This document shows, one piece after another, positions 36,901 through 49,850 of a stretch of 64,000 nucleotides of DNA (position 1 is its first letter; the number at the start of each line of letters is the position of its first letter). A model generated the notes under the pieces. The model had not been told where the DNA came from, searched no databases, and saw nothing but the letters and a program-made list of their open reading frames with translations. Source of the stretch: Balanoglossus misakiensis (lineage: Eukaryota; Animalia; Hemichordata); NCBI GenBank assembly GCA_040954595.2, contig CM082591.2, positions 6,807,947 to 6,871,946 of the forward strand, read 5' to 3'. The position numbers were made by a program, and so were the translations under genes.

Positions 36901-38290
36901 ATGTTGTTGTAATAATTAAAAAGAACAATAATGATGATAGTGGTGATGATGATTATGTAATTATAAAAATTAATAATGAATAGTGTATGTCAGTGTGGTA
37001 TTGTCAGTTTTAGGTGGATCTTCAGGATGCTTTAAGATGAAAATGGTTGTGATGATTATTGTTTCTATGGTTTAGGTGGTGATTATTTGATTCTTAATGG
37101 TCTTAATGTAATTGAGAATATTGGGTGTAATTATGTATCTGTTGGGATTGTGGTCGTAGTGGTTTAGAGTAACAGAATAATAATGTTAGTGAAAGTTTCA
37201 TTTAACCGTTAATATAACACAGGATGTATTTTCATCTAAACAGTCAGTCACATTCATCTTAAATATTCATCAGAATTGGTAGCCTAACAATATGCATAGT
37301 TGGCATTGTATACTTTGTGATTCTGGGTACAGAGTTTTGTGAGACAAATGATTGTGTAAAATTATGGTAAGCTCCCAGTACATGAGGTGTTGGTGAAATA
37401 TTTGTGACTGGTGTAGATAAATATTGATATGACTGTAATTGGTGAATTAATAAACTTTTCTTTTTTCTTCAGGGATGCGCGTCTTATGATGGTGACACTG
37501 CAGTTGAATAGACTGTAGTATTTTTAATGTGTTTTTGTGTAATATTGCATGTGTGTGTGTGCCCATTCTGACCTGGCCAGTCAGATTTGGGATGTCGTTA
37601 CATACTTTGCACTCGCAAACATGACATACCTTGCACTCGCAAACATGACATACCGTATAAGTAACCACTCTCTAAGTTTCAGATTTATCAAACTGGTTTA
37701 ATTGTGATTGTGATTTATTTGTATTGAATGCATGATTTCATTCCAGGTTATTAAATAAACATTGCATTGTATAATATTTGTATTTCAGATGTGTACCTGT
37801 ATTTAATTGTGTTAAATAGTAATAAAATCCAGTCAGTTTCACCAACAGCTCATTGTCTTTCCCCCTTTGCACCAATACAGTGAGCATTCATTTGTATAGG
37901 AAAGCAATTTACATACCAACATGTTTTGGAAATTGCAGTAATTTAGTAAATCAACACTCAGAATTACTGGTGTGTAATGTCAGCTATGCATATTAATATT
38001 TATCATTTGGAAGTTCAATATTACAAAATTCTTAGACTTTCTAATTTACCTACTGATAATAATAAATTTATAATATTTGAGAGTACAATATAGCTAGATA
38101 AATTAACTAGTGAGTATAGACTTTGTAGAATGCAATTGGTTGAAAAGTTTCTGATTTTCATGGGTTACGGTATTCAATTTTGATTTTATGTCCGATGTTT
38201 GTGATGGTGGTGGCAGTTTTGATGTTAATTGTGAATTCTAATTGTTATGGTGATGGCATTGATGGTTGTACTTATGTTGATGGGGGTCGG

Positions 38291-38296
38291 TGATGG

Positions 38297-38336
<40 letters not shown>
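38291..38336. repeat. (GAT)n microsatellite
   Basis: Direct reading. Confidence 0.9.
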
Positions 38337-39229
38337 AGCAAAAATAATGATTGTAATAATAATAATTAGTATTATAATAATAATTTTTATGAACCCACAG
38401 CTGTGGAACTTATTCTACTGAATTTGTATAAATATTGTCAAGTAATCTTAGCTTAAAGGTATAATTTAGTAATTATGTATGATGATTTTAGGTTATAACT
38501 ACTGAACAGCCCATAAATAATTTGTTTAGGTTTTAGCGCTGTAGTTCACTTGAACTCATAACTGTGCATAAATTGTAATTTTTTATGGTGATTCTAAAAC
38601 TAAAACTAGTGAAAAGTTAAATATAAAGTACAATATGTAGATAGGTGATAACTACTGGAATCATTTGTTGAATTTTTAGTTCCCCATGGGACTGCGTCAT
38701 TGACAGTGATTTGTTAACTGAGTACTGGTCTGTTGAATTGGAGATAGTTTCATGTTTTGTTAGTCTATTGGATAATAAATTAAGTTTATCAGATCCTGGA
38801 GATTTACATTGGATAATGTGCGTCTGCTACCCAAGAGATGAAAGGCGCAACACAATTTTGTAAGTGTACCATTGGTAACATGAAACTGTCAAGTCTATGA
38901 TTGTGAACTAATATTTACTATTTATTATTTGTTGCAGGTGTTGGGGTTTGTTAGCAGGCAAGTTGAAGTCCATAGCAGTCAGTCATAATCGTCTGTTAAG
39001 TATTTACACATTTTTCTCATTAGTTTCAGATTCCCATGATGCAACAATCCTCCAGCCCATGATGCAATATATCTTCCTGCCCAGATGCCCAGCTGGTAAC
39101 CAGGTAACATGATTCCTGTGGTGCGAGTATGCAAATTAATTTGCTATGACCAGCCATTGTAATTACATTTAAAAAGCACAATGAAGATCTGAATTTTTCC
39201 ATACACACAACAGTATGGTATCAAGTTTT

Positions 39230-40600
39230 GTTCATAAAGACAGGAAATAGAATCATTTGTCCATAGATACATATTTGCGTTCTGTTGTTGACTGAAATAT
39301 ACTTATTGACATATTTTTCATTTTTGCAGATCCCGTTTCTCTTGCTGATGATCTACTTGTGCCAACCACCATGTCCATCTGTGCATGCCTGTAAAGCAGC
39401 CATGCAGATTACGAAGGTAACATCAAAGCTGCAAACAACGTTACCGGTCATGTGGTAGAATTATTCTAATATGACTTGACCTCAATTTCATTAAAGCTTA
39501 GTGCATAGACAATGTGGCATACATATGGACAGCAATGTTGGGTCACATTTACGGCCACAAAAAGCTAAGATTTCTACACGCGTTCGCATATAACAGAGTG
39601 GCGTCTGGTATATTCCATAGCAACAGGAGACCATCTGTACATAGATACATTTTACTGTCATGAACGTTATTTGACTGAAAAAAAACTTATTGATATATTT
39701 TTCACTTTTGCAGATCCAGTGCTGATGGTCAACTTCTGCCAACCACCATGTCGATCTGTGCATGCCTGTAAAGCAGCCAGGCAGATTACGAAGGTAACAT
39801 TTAAAGCTGCAAACAACGTTACCGGTCATGTGGTACAATTATTGTAATATGACTTGTCCTCAATTTCATTAAAACTTGGTACATAGACAATGTGGTACAC
39901 ATACGGACAACAATGTTAGGTCGCATTTACGGCCACAAAAAGCTAAGATTTCTACGCACGTTCGCGCATAACAGAGTAGCGTCTGGTATATCCATAGCAA
40001 CAGGAGACCATCTGTACATACCGGTAGATACATTTTAGTGTCATGAATGTTATTTGACTGAAAAAATACATTGATATATTTATCATTTTTGCAGATCCAG
40101 TTTCTTTTGCTGATGATCAACTTCTGCCAACCACCATGTCGATTTGTGCATGCCTGTAAAGCAGTTAGCAGATGACGAAGGTAACATTTAAGCTGTTAAA
40201 AGCCTTAGCAGGGCATGTGGTACATTTATTGTAATATGACTTCACTGCAATTTCATTAAAACTTGGACGATCATTGGTCAATGTAGTGTGACATACATTA
40301 TGCATAGCGATTTATTTTGCAACTTTATCCAGTACGACCACTACAAGCTAGGATGAGTCCATACATTCATGCACAACAGAATGGCGACTTGTATCGTCCA
40401 TGGCAACAGGAGTTCATCTGTCCATAGATGTATTTTAGTGTCATGTTTTTTGACTGAAAAATACTTACGGTTGCTGTTGACATATTGTTCATTATTGCAG
40501 ATAACAGTTCCCCTGATGGTCAACACCTGCCAACCAACATGTTGACCTGTGCATGCCTGTGAAGCAGCCAAGAAGTTTTCGAAGGTAACTTGAGATAAAA
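39230..40600 (+). repeat. Four diverged tandem units (~380-405 bp), each carrying an exon-like cassette
   Basis: ttgcag|at...tgccaacca..atgt...tgtgcatgcctgt(a/g)aagcag...cgaag|gtaac at 39330-39416, 39714-39793, 40095-40180 and 40501-40584. Confidence 0.9.
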
Positions 40601-41613
40601 TTGAGTCTTCTCCAGCATCGATCGGTAGACCCGATGGAGGAAAGCGAAAAATGATATTACTCATTTTGGATGGCAGTTAGTATATGGCTTATAGTCCATG
40701 AAGACCGGAGATCCTGTCTGTCCATAAGTTTTACAATTGTGCTGTTAGACACAAAAATACTTATTGGCATGTTTGGATACAGATCAAAATACTTAATGTC
40801 AATAATCAGACTTGATTGAACCAATTCTATTCAGACTTCACACAATGATGTCATTCAATCAAACTTGGTTACTAATGGATTGGTGGTATTCAGGGCCTGA
40901 ACATTTCCTTAGTTTTTCAGTGGTACCAGAACTAGTGACCAGGGTTTTTTTTACTGGTCCACCCCAAAACATTTGCATAACAATATGAGACAGGCTCATC
41001 ATTCTTAGCTGTCAACATCCAAGTTCATTTATTTCTATCTTCATTGCCTTTGAATAAAAATAAAGCAAACACTGTTGTTTCCGTTGTACTGTAAAGCACT
41101 TTATTTTCGCGAGTTGAAATTTTTCGCGATATCGAGAGAGGCCACTGTTTTGTGGAGTATTAATTTTCGCGTTCTCTTATTTCATTCACTGCATCGTTAT
41201 CTGCAAAAAAAATTACGCGACTTTTTATTTTCACGTTATTTTGGCTCTCGCGTATTTCGCGAAAATTTATTGCTCGCGAAAATAAAGTGTTTTACAGTAC
41301 TTCACTCACGGCCATGTATCAACCAGTAGGGACCAAGTCATCTACAATGACTTGTCGCTCAGTCATGATTATTAGCTTTTCTCCAGACTTGAAATTTCCT
41401 ATACTTATTACATTGTTGTCTGGCTGCCAAGGGCCACCAACAAGCATACTACATAATAACCTGATTGGATGTTGTCGCATTCTGGAGCTAATCCCCTTGT
41501 CAGTGTTTTGACAGAATTTTAGTTTCTGTGTGAAAGTTAAAGCCTCTTGAGCTGCCAAATTTCACATGTTTTTTCCACAAGAGAATACTTCCAATTTATT
41601 CCTTATCCTTTAA

Positions 41614-41912
41614 CCCTAACGCTACTAGTGTCATACCTGTTTCGAGTGTCAAGTCCCTTAAAATACGTATTTGCCACTTTTTCTTCTAAAATATATTTTG
41701 ACATGGCTCTCGCATACATACTTAGATACACTTGGCAGTCTGAGCCCCCTGTAAAATGTACCAAATCGTACTGGTTTGCACTGTATTGGTCTGAGGGTCT
41801 TGTATAAGCCCTACTGATTAACACACACTTGGCAGCCTAATGGGCCTGGGAGCCCAGGATTGTAGGCACTCTAGAAATCAAACCAGTTTCAACTGACATG
41901 ACAGCGTTAGGG
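41614..41912. mobile_element. piggyBac-like MITE
   Basis: TTAA-CCCTAACGCT ... AGCGTTAGGG-TTAA. Confidence 0.7.
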
Positions 41913-43099
41913 TTAAAATCCTCACCATTACGCCAAATTGCTTTATTTGCATCAGTTTGTCATCTTTTGGCGACGCGTACCGGGGTAATTTTGTACAGTT
42001 TATATGGCAGCTGATTAAACAGGTGTGGCACCGGTTTAATATCACTTGTTCAAATTGCAACATACAGCCACAACCAGGTGTCGATGAGATGTTCATGTGT
42101 ACATATCAGTATGCTTATGTTGATGACCCAATCTAAGTAGGAAACTAAATTCATGGAAATAATGCAAAAATTGGCAGCTCAGGGAGGCTATAAATGTCTT
42201 TTAGTTGCTATTATGAATCAATACACAGGTACGGTAAGTGTAATGTCCTCGTTCTGTTTATAGGAAAGAAGAGGATTATACCCATGGATGAATTCAAAAG
42301 CCGGTGCATCAGATGTCCAGACGTTTCCTCGGAATGATGACTGACTTTTTACTGACTTTAATAAAGCTTAATAAATTTGTCTGAGTTCATCGTCATTTCA
42401 AGAACAGAACTTCACCTTGGGTTGCAATTGAATGTTGATCAATCCCTACCTCGGTTATAATTATCAATACATTGTATTCCGAATTGTTTGTAATTGTGTC
42501 ACAGAGAGAGGGAGCAGGTTGCAATGTGTACATTTCAGTATGCCAAAAAGTTTGCATTTCCCATTACATTGCTTATTACAGTCCTAAATTATCACTCCGA
42601 TTTATTCAGCATAACCTGAAGGTTGTTGGGTCCTATAAGCACAATAAGCATTGCACGTAAAAGCACTGTACACTAGCACTATACATGTAATCGCACTGGA
42701 TACAACAGCCTTCAGGTGTTTACCATTGAACCTTACAACACGTAATTATTGCACCACTTGCACAGAAAAGGTAAAATGGTAAACAAATAGAAAAAGGAAT
42801 GACAGCGTTATTCCTGTATTGGTTCAAAACTTGTGCGAAACAGTTGTTTATGAAAGCAACATGACAATGAAGAGTAAACCACTTTGCATATTGTTTGACT
42901 TGCTCTCTCTATAAACTTGATTTTTTTTTCCATTATTGTATTATAGGCATGATTTTCTACTATTGTACATTTTGAAGGCATGTTTTAGTAATTTAGAACA
43001 ACTAGAGGTTTAATGGCCATGTTTTCATGATTAATATTGGGGTATAAACAAAATAGAAATTTAAGGCTATACAGAATAGTCTTGGGACCTTAGTGGATT

Positions 43100-44070
43100 A
43101 GACCCTGGCCTGGTCTGTCCCGTCCCCTGGTCCTAAATTTACCCTGTACCCTGGCCTGTCCTGTCCCCTCTCCAGTGTACCCCTGACCTTTACCCTGTAC
43201 CCTGGCCTGTCATGTCCCCTGTCCAGTGTACCCCTGGCCTGTACCTGACCTTTACCCTGTTCCCTGGCCTGTCCTGTCCAGTCCCCTGGTCCTAAAGTTA
43301 CCCTGTACCCTGGCCTGTCATGTCCCCTGTCCAGTGTACCCCTGGCCTGTACCTGACCTTTACCCTGTTCCCTGGCCTGGCCTGGCCTGTCCTGTCCCCT
43401 GTCCAGTGTACCCCTGGCCTGTACCTGACCTTTACCCTGTTCCCTGGCCTGGCCTGGCCTGTCCTGTCCCCTGTCCAGTGTACCCCTGGCCTGTACCTGA
43501 CCTGTCCGGTCCCCTTGTCCTAAATTTACCATGTACCCTGGCCTGTCATGTCCCCTGTCCAGTGTACCCCTGGCCTGTACCTGACCTTTACCCTGTTCCC
43601 TGGCCTGGCCTGGCCTGTCCTGTCCCCTGTCCAGTGTACCCCTGGCCTGTACCTGACCTTTACCCTGTTCCCTGGCCTGGCCTGGCCTGTCCTGTCCCCT
43701 GTCCAGTGTACCCCTGGCCTGTACCTGACCTGTCCGGTCCCCTTGTCCTAAATTTACCATGTACCCTGGCCTGTCATGTCCCCTGTCCAGTGTACCCCTG
43801 GCCTGTACCTGACATTTACCCTGTTCCCTGGTCTGTCCTGTCCCCTGTCCTGTACCTGACCTTTACCCTGTACCCTGGCCTGTCATGTCCCCTGTCCAGT
43901 GTACCCCTGGCCTGTACCCTGTACCTAGCTGGCCTGCCATGTATCTTGTTCTCATCCTGTACCCTGTCCTGTGCCCTGACCTTTACCCTGTACCCTGTGC
44001 CCATCCTGTTCTGCCCCCCCCCTCAGGTCCTGTTCTTGGCCTGTACCCTGGCCTGTCTTCTGCTGTACCC
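43100..44070. repeat. C-rich composite minisatellite with ~63-bp units and a 228-bp higher-order repeat
   Basis: Built from CCTGT/CCTGG/ACCCTG words; identical ORF translations start at 43320 and 43548 (228-bp period). Confidence 0.92.
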
Positions 44071-44099
44071 TGCTGTTGTATTTATTAATTCTTTATTTT

Positions 44100-45980
44100 T
44101 GAATTTTCATAATTGCTTGGTGTCTGGAAGTATACTCTCTTGGTGGTTTTTGGCATCTGTGATTGCCATGTCCCCTGGCCTTTACCCTTTACCCTTTTCC
44201 CTGCCAGGTCCTGTCCCTGGCCTGTACCAGTTGTTTGTTCTCTTCCGTGCCATACCAATTTTCATAATTGCTTGGTGTCTGGAAGTACTCTCTTGGTGTT
44301 TTTTGGCATATGTGATTGCCATGGTTATATTTTTGAATTCATATTTGAATTTTTCGCGATTCTTGGCATGCATGTCTGGGTTGTATTTGGTTATCTGCTG
44401 AAGCTGGTTCCACCACACTTGCAGAAGAAGTCGGAAGATTGCAGTCCCTCTTCAAGCAAATGATGTCTTTACGCGTGTGTCTGCTGCTTTCTAGAATGTC
44501 CTTTCTGATTTACATGGTTCTTCGCGTGTCTGGGTTGTATTTGGTTATGTGATGGAGCTGGTTCACCACACTTGCAGAAGAAGTCCGAAGATTGCAGTCC
44601 CTCTTCAAGCAAATGATGTCTTTGCGCGCGCGTCTGTTGATCTCTACAGTGTACTTTCCCGTATTATAAATAAAGAATGTGTATATGTGTGTATGATCAT
44701 TTTAACATTCATCTATGTGTTCTTTTTCCTTTTTTAGGGTACGTCTTTAATGAATTTTTTCCAATGGCTATAACAGATGAGAAGGGTTAAATTGCAATAT
44801 GTTTTGATACTATATGTGCGACATGACTAACTTGATTTGATGATGAAAATAATTGCAATGGATCCTTCAAGTCCAGTATAGTTTCCTGGGATCAGTTCAT
44901 TGGTCACTTTTTCCAGTGGCTATATCAGATGGAATTTCAATTTGCTTTTGCTTGACCTGGTCAAGTATTTGTTATTTGTCGAACAGTTTTGATGTGTGTG
45001 TTTGGAAGATATCAACATCCATTGCAATGTTGATGTCTTATTCCCCAATTTGGGGGATATTTAATGAAGTTTTCCCAGTGGCTATATCTGATGAAGTTTC
45101 CTTCAAGTACATCTCTTCAAGACCAGTATAGTTTCCTGGGATCAGTTCATTAGTGGCTTTATATCAAACTGTTGATTCAACAGTTTGATATACCGGTATA
45201 TATTTTATTTTTCACGTTTTAATATAAAAATTTATATTTTACTTTTGCTTGGCATTTTTAGAGGGTGGGTTTTTTGTATAGATTATTTTACACATTGTTG
45301 CATGTATATATGCATCATGTGAATCATTATAGGGTTTCAAATTTTGGATGAACATTTTCTTTAAAATACATAAATAATGTGTTTGCAGAAGCCATGTAGG
45401 CATAATGTTTTTTTTATTTAGGGAGGGGGTGGAGTGTATTTGCTCATAAATTGAATATTATCGAGCCCATGCAACACGGCTTACAGGAAACACATTATTT
45501 GTATTTTTTAATAATAAAAACTTTACATTTTAGTATTTATTTATTTTTCAATGTTTTTCTATTTTTGATACTCTTGCAGATTTCAGTTATTTTGCATTTG
45601 AACTTTCATCTTTATGTCCTTTTCCCTTAATGTTACGAGGGCTTTAATAAAACTTTTTCTAATGGCTACATTAGATAAGGTTTCACTTTGTTTTTGCTTG
45701 ACATTGTTAAGAGTTTATTATTTGTGGAACAGTTTTGATGTCAGTGTGTGTTTGGGGATTTCATCATTTATCTCAGTGTTAACGTCTTTTCTCCCAATTT
45801 CGGGATCTTTAAGAAGTTTTCCCAGTGGCTATAACAGATGAGAAGGTTTCAATTTGCAATATATTTGAGAATAACATATGCATTGCATATTACTAACCTG
45901 ATTTCATGATGAAAACAATTGCAATAGATCCTTCAAGTCCAGTATAGTTTCCTGGGATCAGTTCATTAGTCACTTTTCAC
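44100..45980. repeat. Cluster of local duplications
   Basis: About 44102-44170 vs 44257-44323; 44374-44483 vs 44527-44637; 44740-45150 vs 45640-45980 (cttcaagtccagtatagtttcctgggatcagttcatt-like motif three times). Confidence 0.8.
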
Positions 45981-46677
45981 TGCAAGTATATGCAGTGTTT
46001 AAAGTTCAGTGATGAAGTATTAATTTTACCCGAAATTATCAATATAAAATTTAGCTTGATATTTTAAACCGTTCAATATTTTCTTACTCTATCTACTATA
46101 TTTTTAGGCCAGATTAGCATATTTATTTGAAGTTAGCTTTTCAAGAGGCATTACTTGAAAATACAATTCTTTGTTAACTTTATAAATCACCTACGCTTTC
46201 CCAGTTTTTCCCTTATGAATAAAAGGGTTTTCCTGGGTTTTGGTGCGGGGTGAATGTTCAGTTCATGCAGTTCTGACTTTATAAATAAAAGGACATTAAT
46301 AATTAGAATTGTTGCAGTCTGTTTTATTGCAATATGTTGCTGTGTCTTTTTCTGTCTATTTTTCTAAGGGAAATTGTGGGTCCTTCTATGGGGTAGGTAA
46401 TGGCATTGTCAGCTTGGTCCCCTATAAGACCAGCTGCTCTCGTCACCAGTGTTACAATCAATGGCTTGGATGTGATTAGTAATGGCCTTGGTTGGTATAC
46501 AATGTCTTCAAAACCAAGAAATCGTAACCATTGTCGCTGTTGAGAAAATGCAAGGTGAAAATCGCTTGTCTTGCGGATTCTCATGGCGAATGTTAATTCT
46601 CTATCGCCTTAGGTCTGATAGATAACTCTGATTAATCTCTGCCATATTTGCAATGCAAATTGAAGCTGCAAACAGCC

Positions 46678-46786
46678 CAATCTGATTAGAATAAGATGTA
46701 GGGAACGGCAACGTGTTTTTTTATGTGTGAGGCGACAACCTAAAAAAACTTGTCGCCGTTCCCTACATCTGATTTTAATCAGATTG
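46678..46786. mobile_element. 109-bp TIR element with perfect 9-bp TSD, MULE-like; further termini end at 47192 and 49180, another copy at 62229-62386
   Basis: caaacagcc|CAATCTGATT...gatgtagggaacggc ... gccgttccctacatctgattttAATCAGATTG|caaacagcc. Confidence 0.75.
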
Positions 46787-47819
46787 CAAACAGCCTTGAA
46801 AGGGGTGCAAGCAGATGAACCAAATGCAGGAAGGTCAAGGGTCACACCAATGTCAAAAACATTTTTCAACAAAATTATGATGCAAAGTTGATGTGAAACA
46901 GAAAAAGAATTGTAGCCCTATTGTTTCGCCCATAATTTGGTATGCACATAAATAATGAGGACTCCATTAGGTAGTTCATCCCTTCAAATGCAAGGCCTTT
47001 ATCTGCTCAGAGTGTTGAGATATAAGAAAGTTAGCTAAGGGTTATCTTAAGGTTACCCAAAATTTTGTCCAAAGAAATTGATCCCAGACTGATCCACCTC
47101 GAGCAAAAATCCGACTTCACCCCAATTTGTTCACCTAGAATCTGGTATGTAAAAGACGTCGCCGTTTCCTACATCTGATTTTAATCAGATTGGTAGGATT
47201 CTTGCCATTTGGTCTACGGACCGAAGATCTTTAAAGAATTTTGATTCCTTTTTTATACAAATGAGGTCAATTTGAAAATTCCAATCCACTTTGGCCGCTT
47301 GGTCACGTGACTGATTAAAAATTCAAGACTGTTATGCGCAAGATATCATAGGCTCGCATCATTGTGCCAAGTTTCGGATTTGTAGATTCAGCCGTTTTCA
47401 AGTTCTTGGTTTATTAAACAATACTTGTACATAAGAGGGCGACGGAAGAAGCAAAGGAGTCTGGGTAACCGAGACTACAACAATACTAATATTGGACAAA
47501 GCACTAGAGGGCGCTAAAGCCCCTTAATATTTCCCACTCTGTCTGCTGCCGAAGTTCAGGTAAGTTGATTATTATGAGTTTGCAATTGAGTCATTCATTT
47601 TTCATGGCTGTGGAAACGCAGCTTTACCGTTTGGGAAGGAGATGGTGATTACCCCCCACGGAGAGTTGCGGCCCAACTCATTTTCTGAACGTGCAATTTC
47701 AGCGATCCGATTTGGATCGCGACATTTCAAAGGAACAATACAAGCCTGAACTCTGGTTATTTCGTCGCAACATAGTCTCATTGCTACACCTTTCCTGACG
47801 AAATCATCGGCAAACGCAC

Positions 47820-49850
47820 CATGCCTATCATGTGTTCTGCGCATCACAACAGAATTCCGTAAACAAACGAAGCTGTGTTTGGAAGCATCATCCATGGAAA
47901 TTTTAGAATAGTATCCGTCGATCTACAGAGTCTAGTAGAAAACTTTCTTATGCGCATAGGTCTATCATATGTTCTGCGCATCACAACAGAATTCGGTAAA
48001 CAAACGAAGCTGTGTTTGGAAGTGTGACGGGCGCCACACCATCGTCAATTCTCTGTTTAGGGAATTAGCGGCTGAGAAGTACCGCTCGCTGGATCAATGT
48101 ACACAGTGACACATAGAGGTTACATCTCCACATGTTGAACTGTATTACGACGTGGGGAAAAGCGGGCATCCCTGCTCATGGCCAGTTACAATACACAACT
48201 TTAAAATGCAAAATCTCTTACAGGAAGTGAAATATGATTCATCATAGAGTAAAACAAAATGCCTGATGATTGGCTTAGAGATAACTTACGCTGATTGGAT
48301 AAGAAGGTCGAAACATTTATATATATCATGTTGAAATGATTTCAACCCACGCTTATTGATATGTAAGAAACACTTATGACACTGATGCTAAAACTAAAAA
48401 CAATGGCATAGCTCAAGACTTCTGGAGCCAATATTCAATCATACAGGTTCTTGTGGAATGTATGGAACACTCAACATGGTTTCATCTCTTACCGCTTTCT
48501 ATTGGTCAATTCACGGTGAATAAATTAATACCCGCTTCCAGGAGTTCCGATTATCACTCCTGTTGTTTCAATACATTTCTAAAATTCCGACTTTATGTCC
48601 TCATGGGAAAAAATCCATGGACATTTTTGAACTATCCGTCGATCTGCAGAGTCTAGTGGAAAACTTTCTTATGCGCATATGCCTTTCTGTTCTGCGTATC
48701 ACATCAGAATTCCATAAAAAAACGAGGCTGTGTTTGGAAGCAACCATGGAAATTTTAGAACTATCCGTCGATCTGCAGTCTAGTGGAAAACTTTCTTATG
48801 CGCACAGGCCTATGTGTTCTGCGCATCACAACAGAATATGCAAATAAGGAGACGGTGTATGGAAGCATCCATGGATATTTTAGAACAAAACATCGATCTA
48901 CAGAGTCTACCGGAAAACTTTCTTTTTCGCCCAGGCCTTTGTGTTCTACGCATCACAATGGAATATGCAAAAGGGGGGACGGTGTTTGGAAGCATCCAGG
49001 GATATTTTAGAACCAAACGTCGATCTACAGAATCTTCTACCGGAAAACTTTCTTATGCGCACAGGCCTATGTGTTCTGCGCATCACAAAAGAATTTCGTA
49101 AATAAACGATACAGTGTTTGGAAGCAACCATGGAAATTTTAGAACTATCCTATTCCCTACATCTGATTTTAATCAGATTGTTGCTGAACAGTCTCTGTGC
49201 CTTGTTTATTTTTCTGTGTTTAATACCCCCACCTGTGTGCCCGATCCACGGATTAAGTGGATAAAGTAAACATCGGTCAGTTACTCGCTGACCGATGTTT
49301 ACTTTATGCCATGTCTCCCTATAGAGGGTAGAACACGTTCTCGGGTGATGGCGGTGAAGAAGGGACGGGAACACGTTAGTGTGGAGAGTAGATTTAAAAC
49401 GCCGATGATTTTATTCAGGAAGGCCAGCCGTGGACACAGGACAAGCCTGCGGTCCCGGCTGGACCAGCGGAAAGACCGCACTCCTGGACTCTTTCGACTC
49501 CAAATGTGGAACTGACCACTCACTAAAATACAGACCATTTTAAAACACATCAAACTGACCGCGTGGGGTCTGTCAAAAATTGTTCTTCGCCCAAGCTGTG
49601 AACAAGACAAAGACGTACTTTAACAGTTATAATGATACCCCAGACTGAAGAATTATACAAAGACTCTACTTCACAGTTACAATTCCGACAAAGGGGCAAA
49701 TGAAACTTGGAATGCGGGATTTAACTACATTTCCAAGGTGTGAACTCGCCCGCATGGTGTGCGAAGTTTCTCACGCACTATAGGTGTGTGACACTTATGT
49801 GTTCTGCGCATCACAACAGAATTCCAGAAAAAAACGATGCTATGTTTGGA
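47820..49850 (+). repeat. ~125-137-bp tandem repeat array interrupted by two ~600-bp insertions
   Basis: Unit gtgtttggaagcatccatggaaattttagaactatccgtcgatctacagagtcta..ggaaaactttcttatgcgca..ggcctatgtgttctgcgcatcacaacagaat; anchor motif at 47875, 48012, 48730, 48855, 48982 and 49114, resuming near 49794. Confidence 0.9.
49179..49793 (-). mobile_element. Possible solo LTR
   Basis: Minus strand reads TGTCAC...CAACA with AATAAA about 25 nt from the 3' end; no clean TSD. Confidence 0.3.

Noticed and set aside
39417-40500. snoRNA host-gene model for the repeated exon-intron units
   Set aside because: No RTGATGA/CTGA pair at suitable spacing and no evident H/ACA fold in the spacers.
43098-44401. 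220-aa and 391-aa repetitive ORFs as genes
   Set aside because: Open frames are expected from a stop-poor minisatellite, and no splice context, signal peptide or domain was recognised. Kept only as a repeat finding.
47820-49150. CRISPR-like array
   Set aside because: The whole ~127-bp unit is repeated with diffuse divergence, there are no unique spacers or cas genes, and the context is eukaryotic.
46678-49180. Helentron/HINE assignment based on the terminal hairpin
   Set aside because: The 46678-46786 copy has the motif as true inverted termini with a perfect 9-bp TSD, which rolling-circle elements do not produce.
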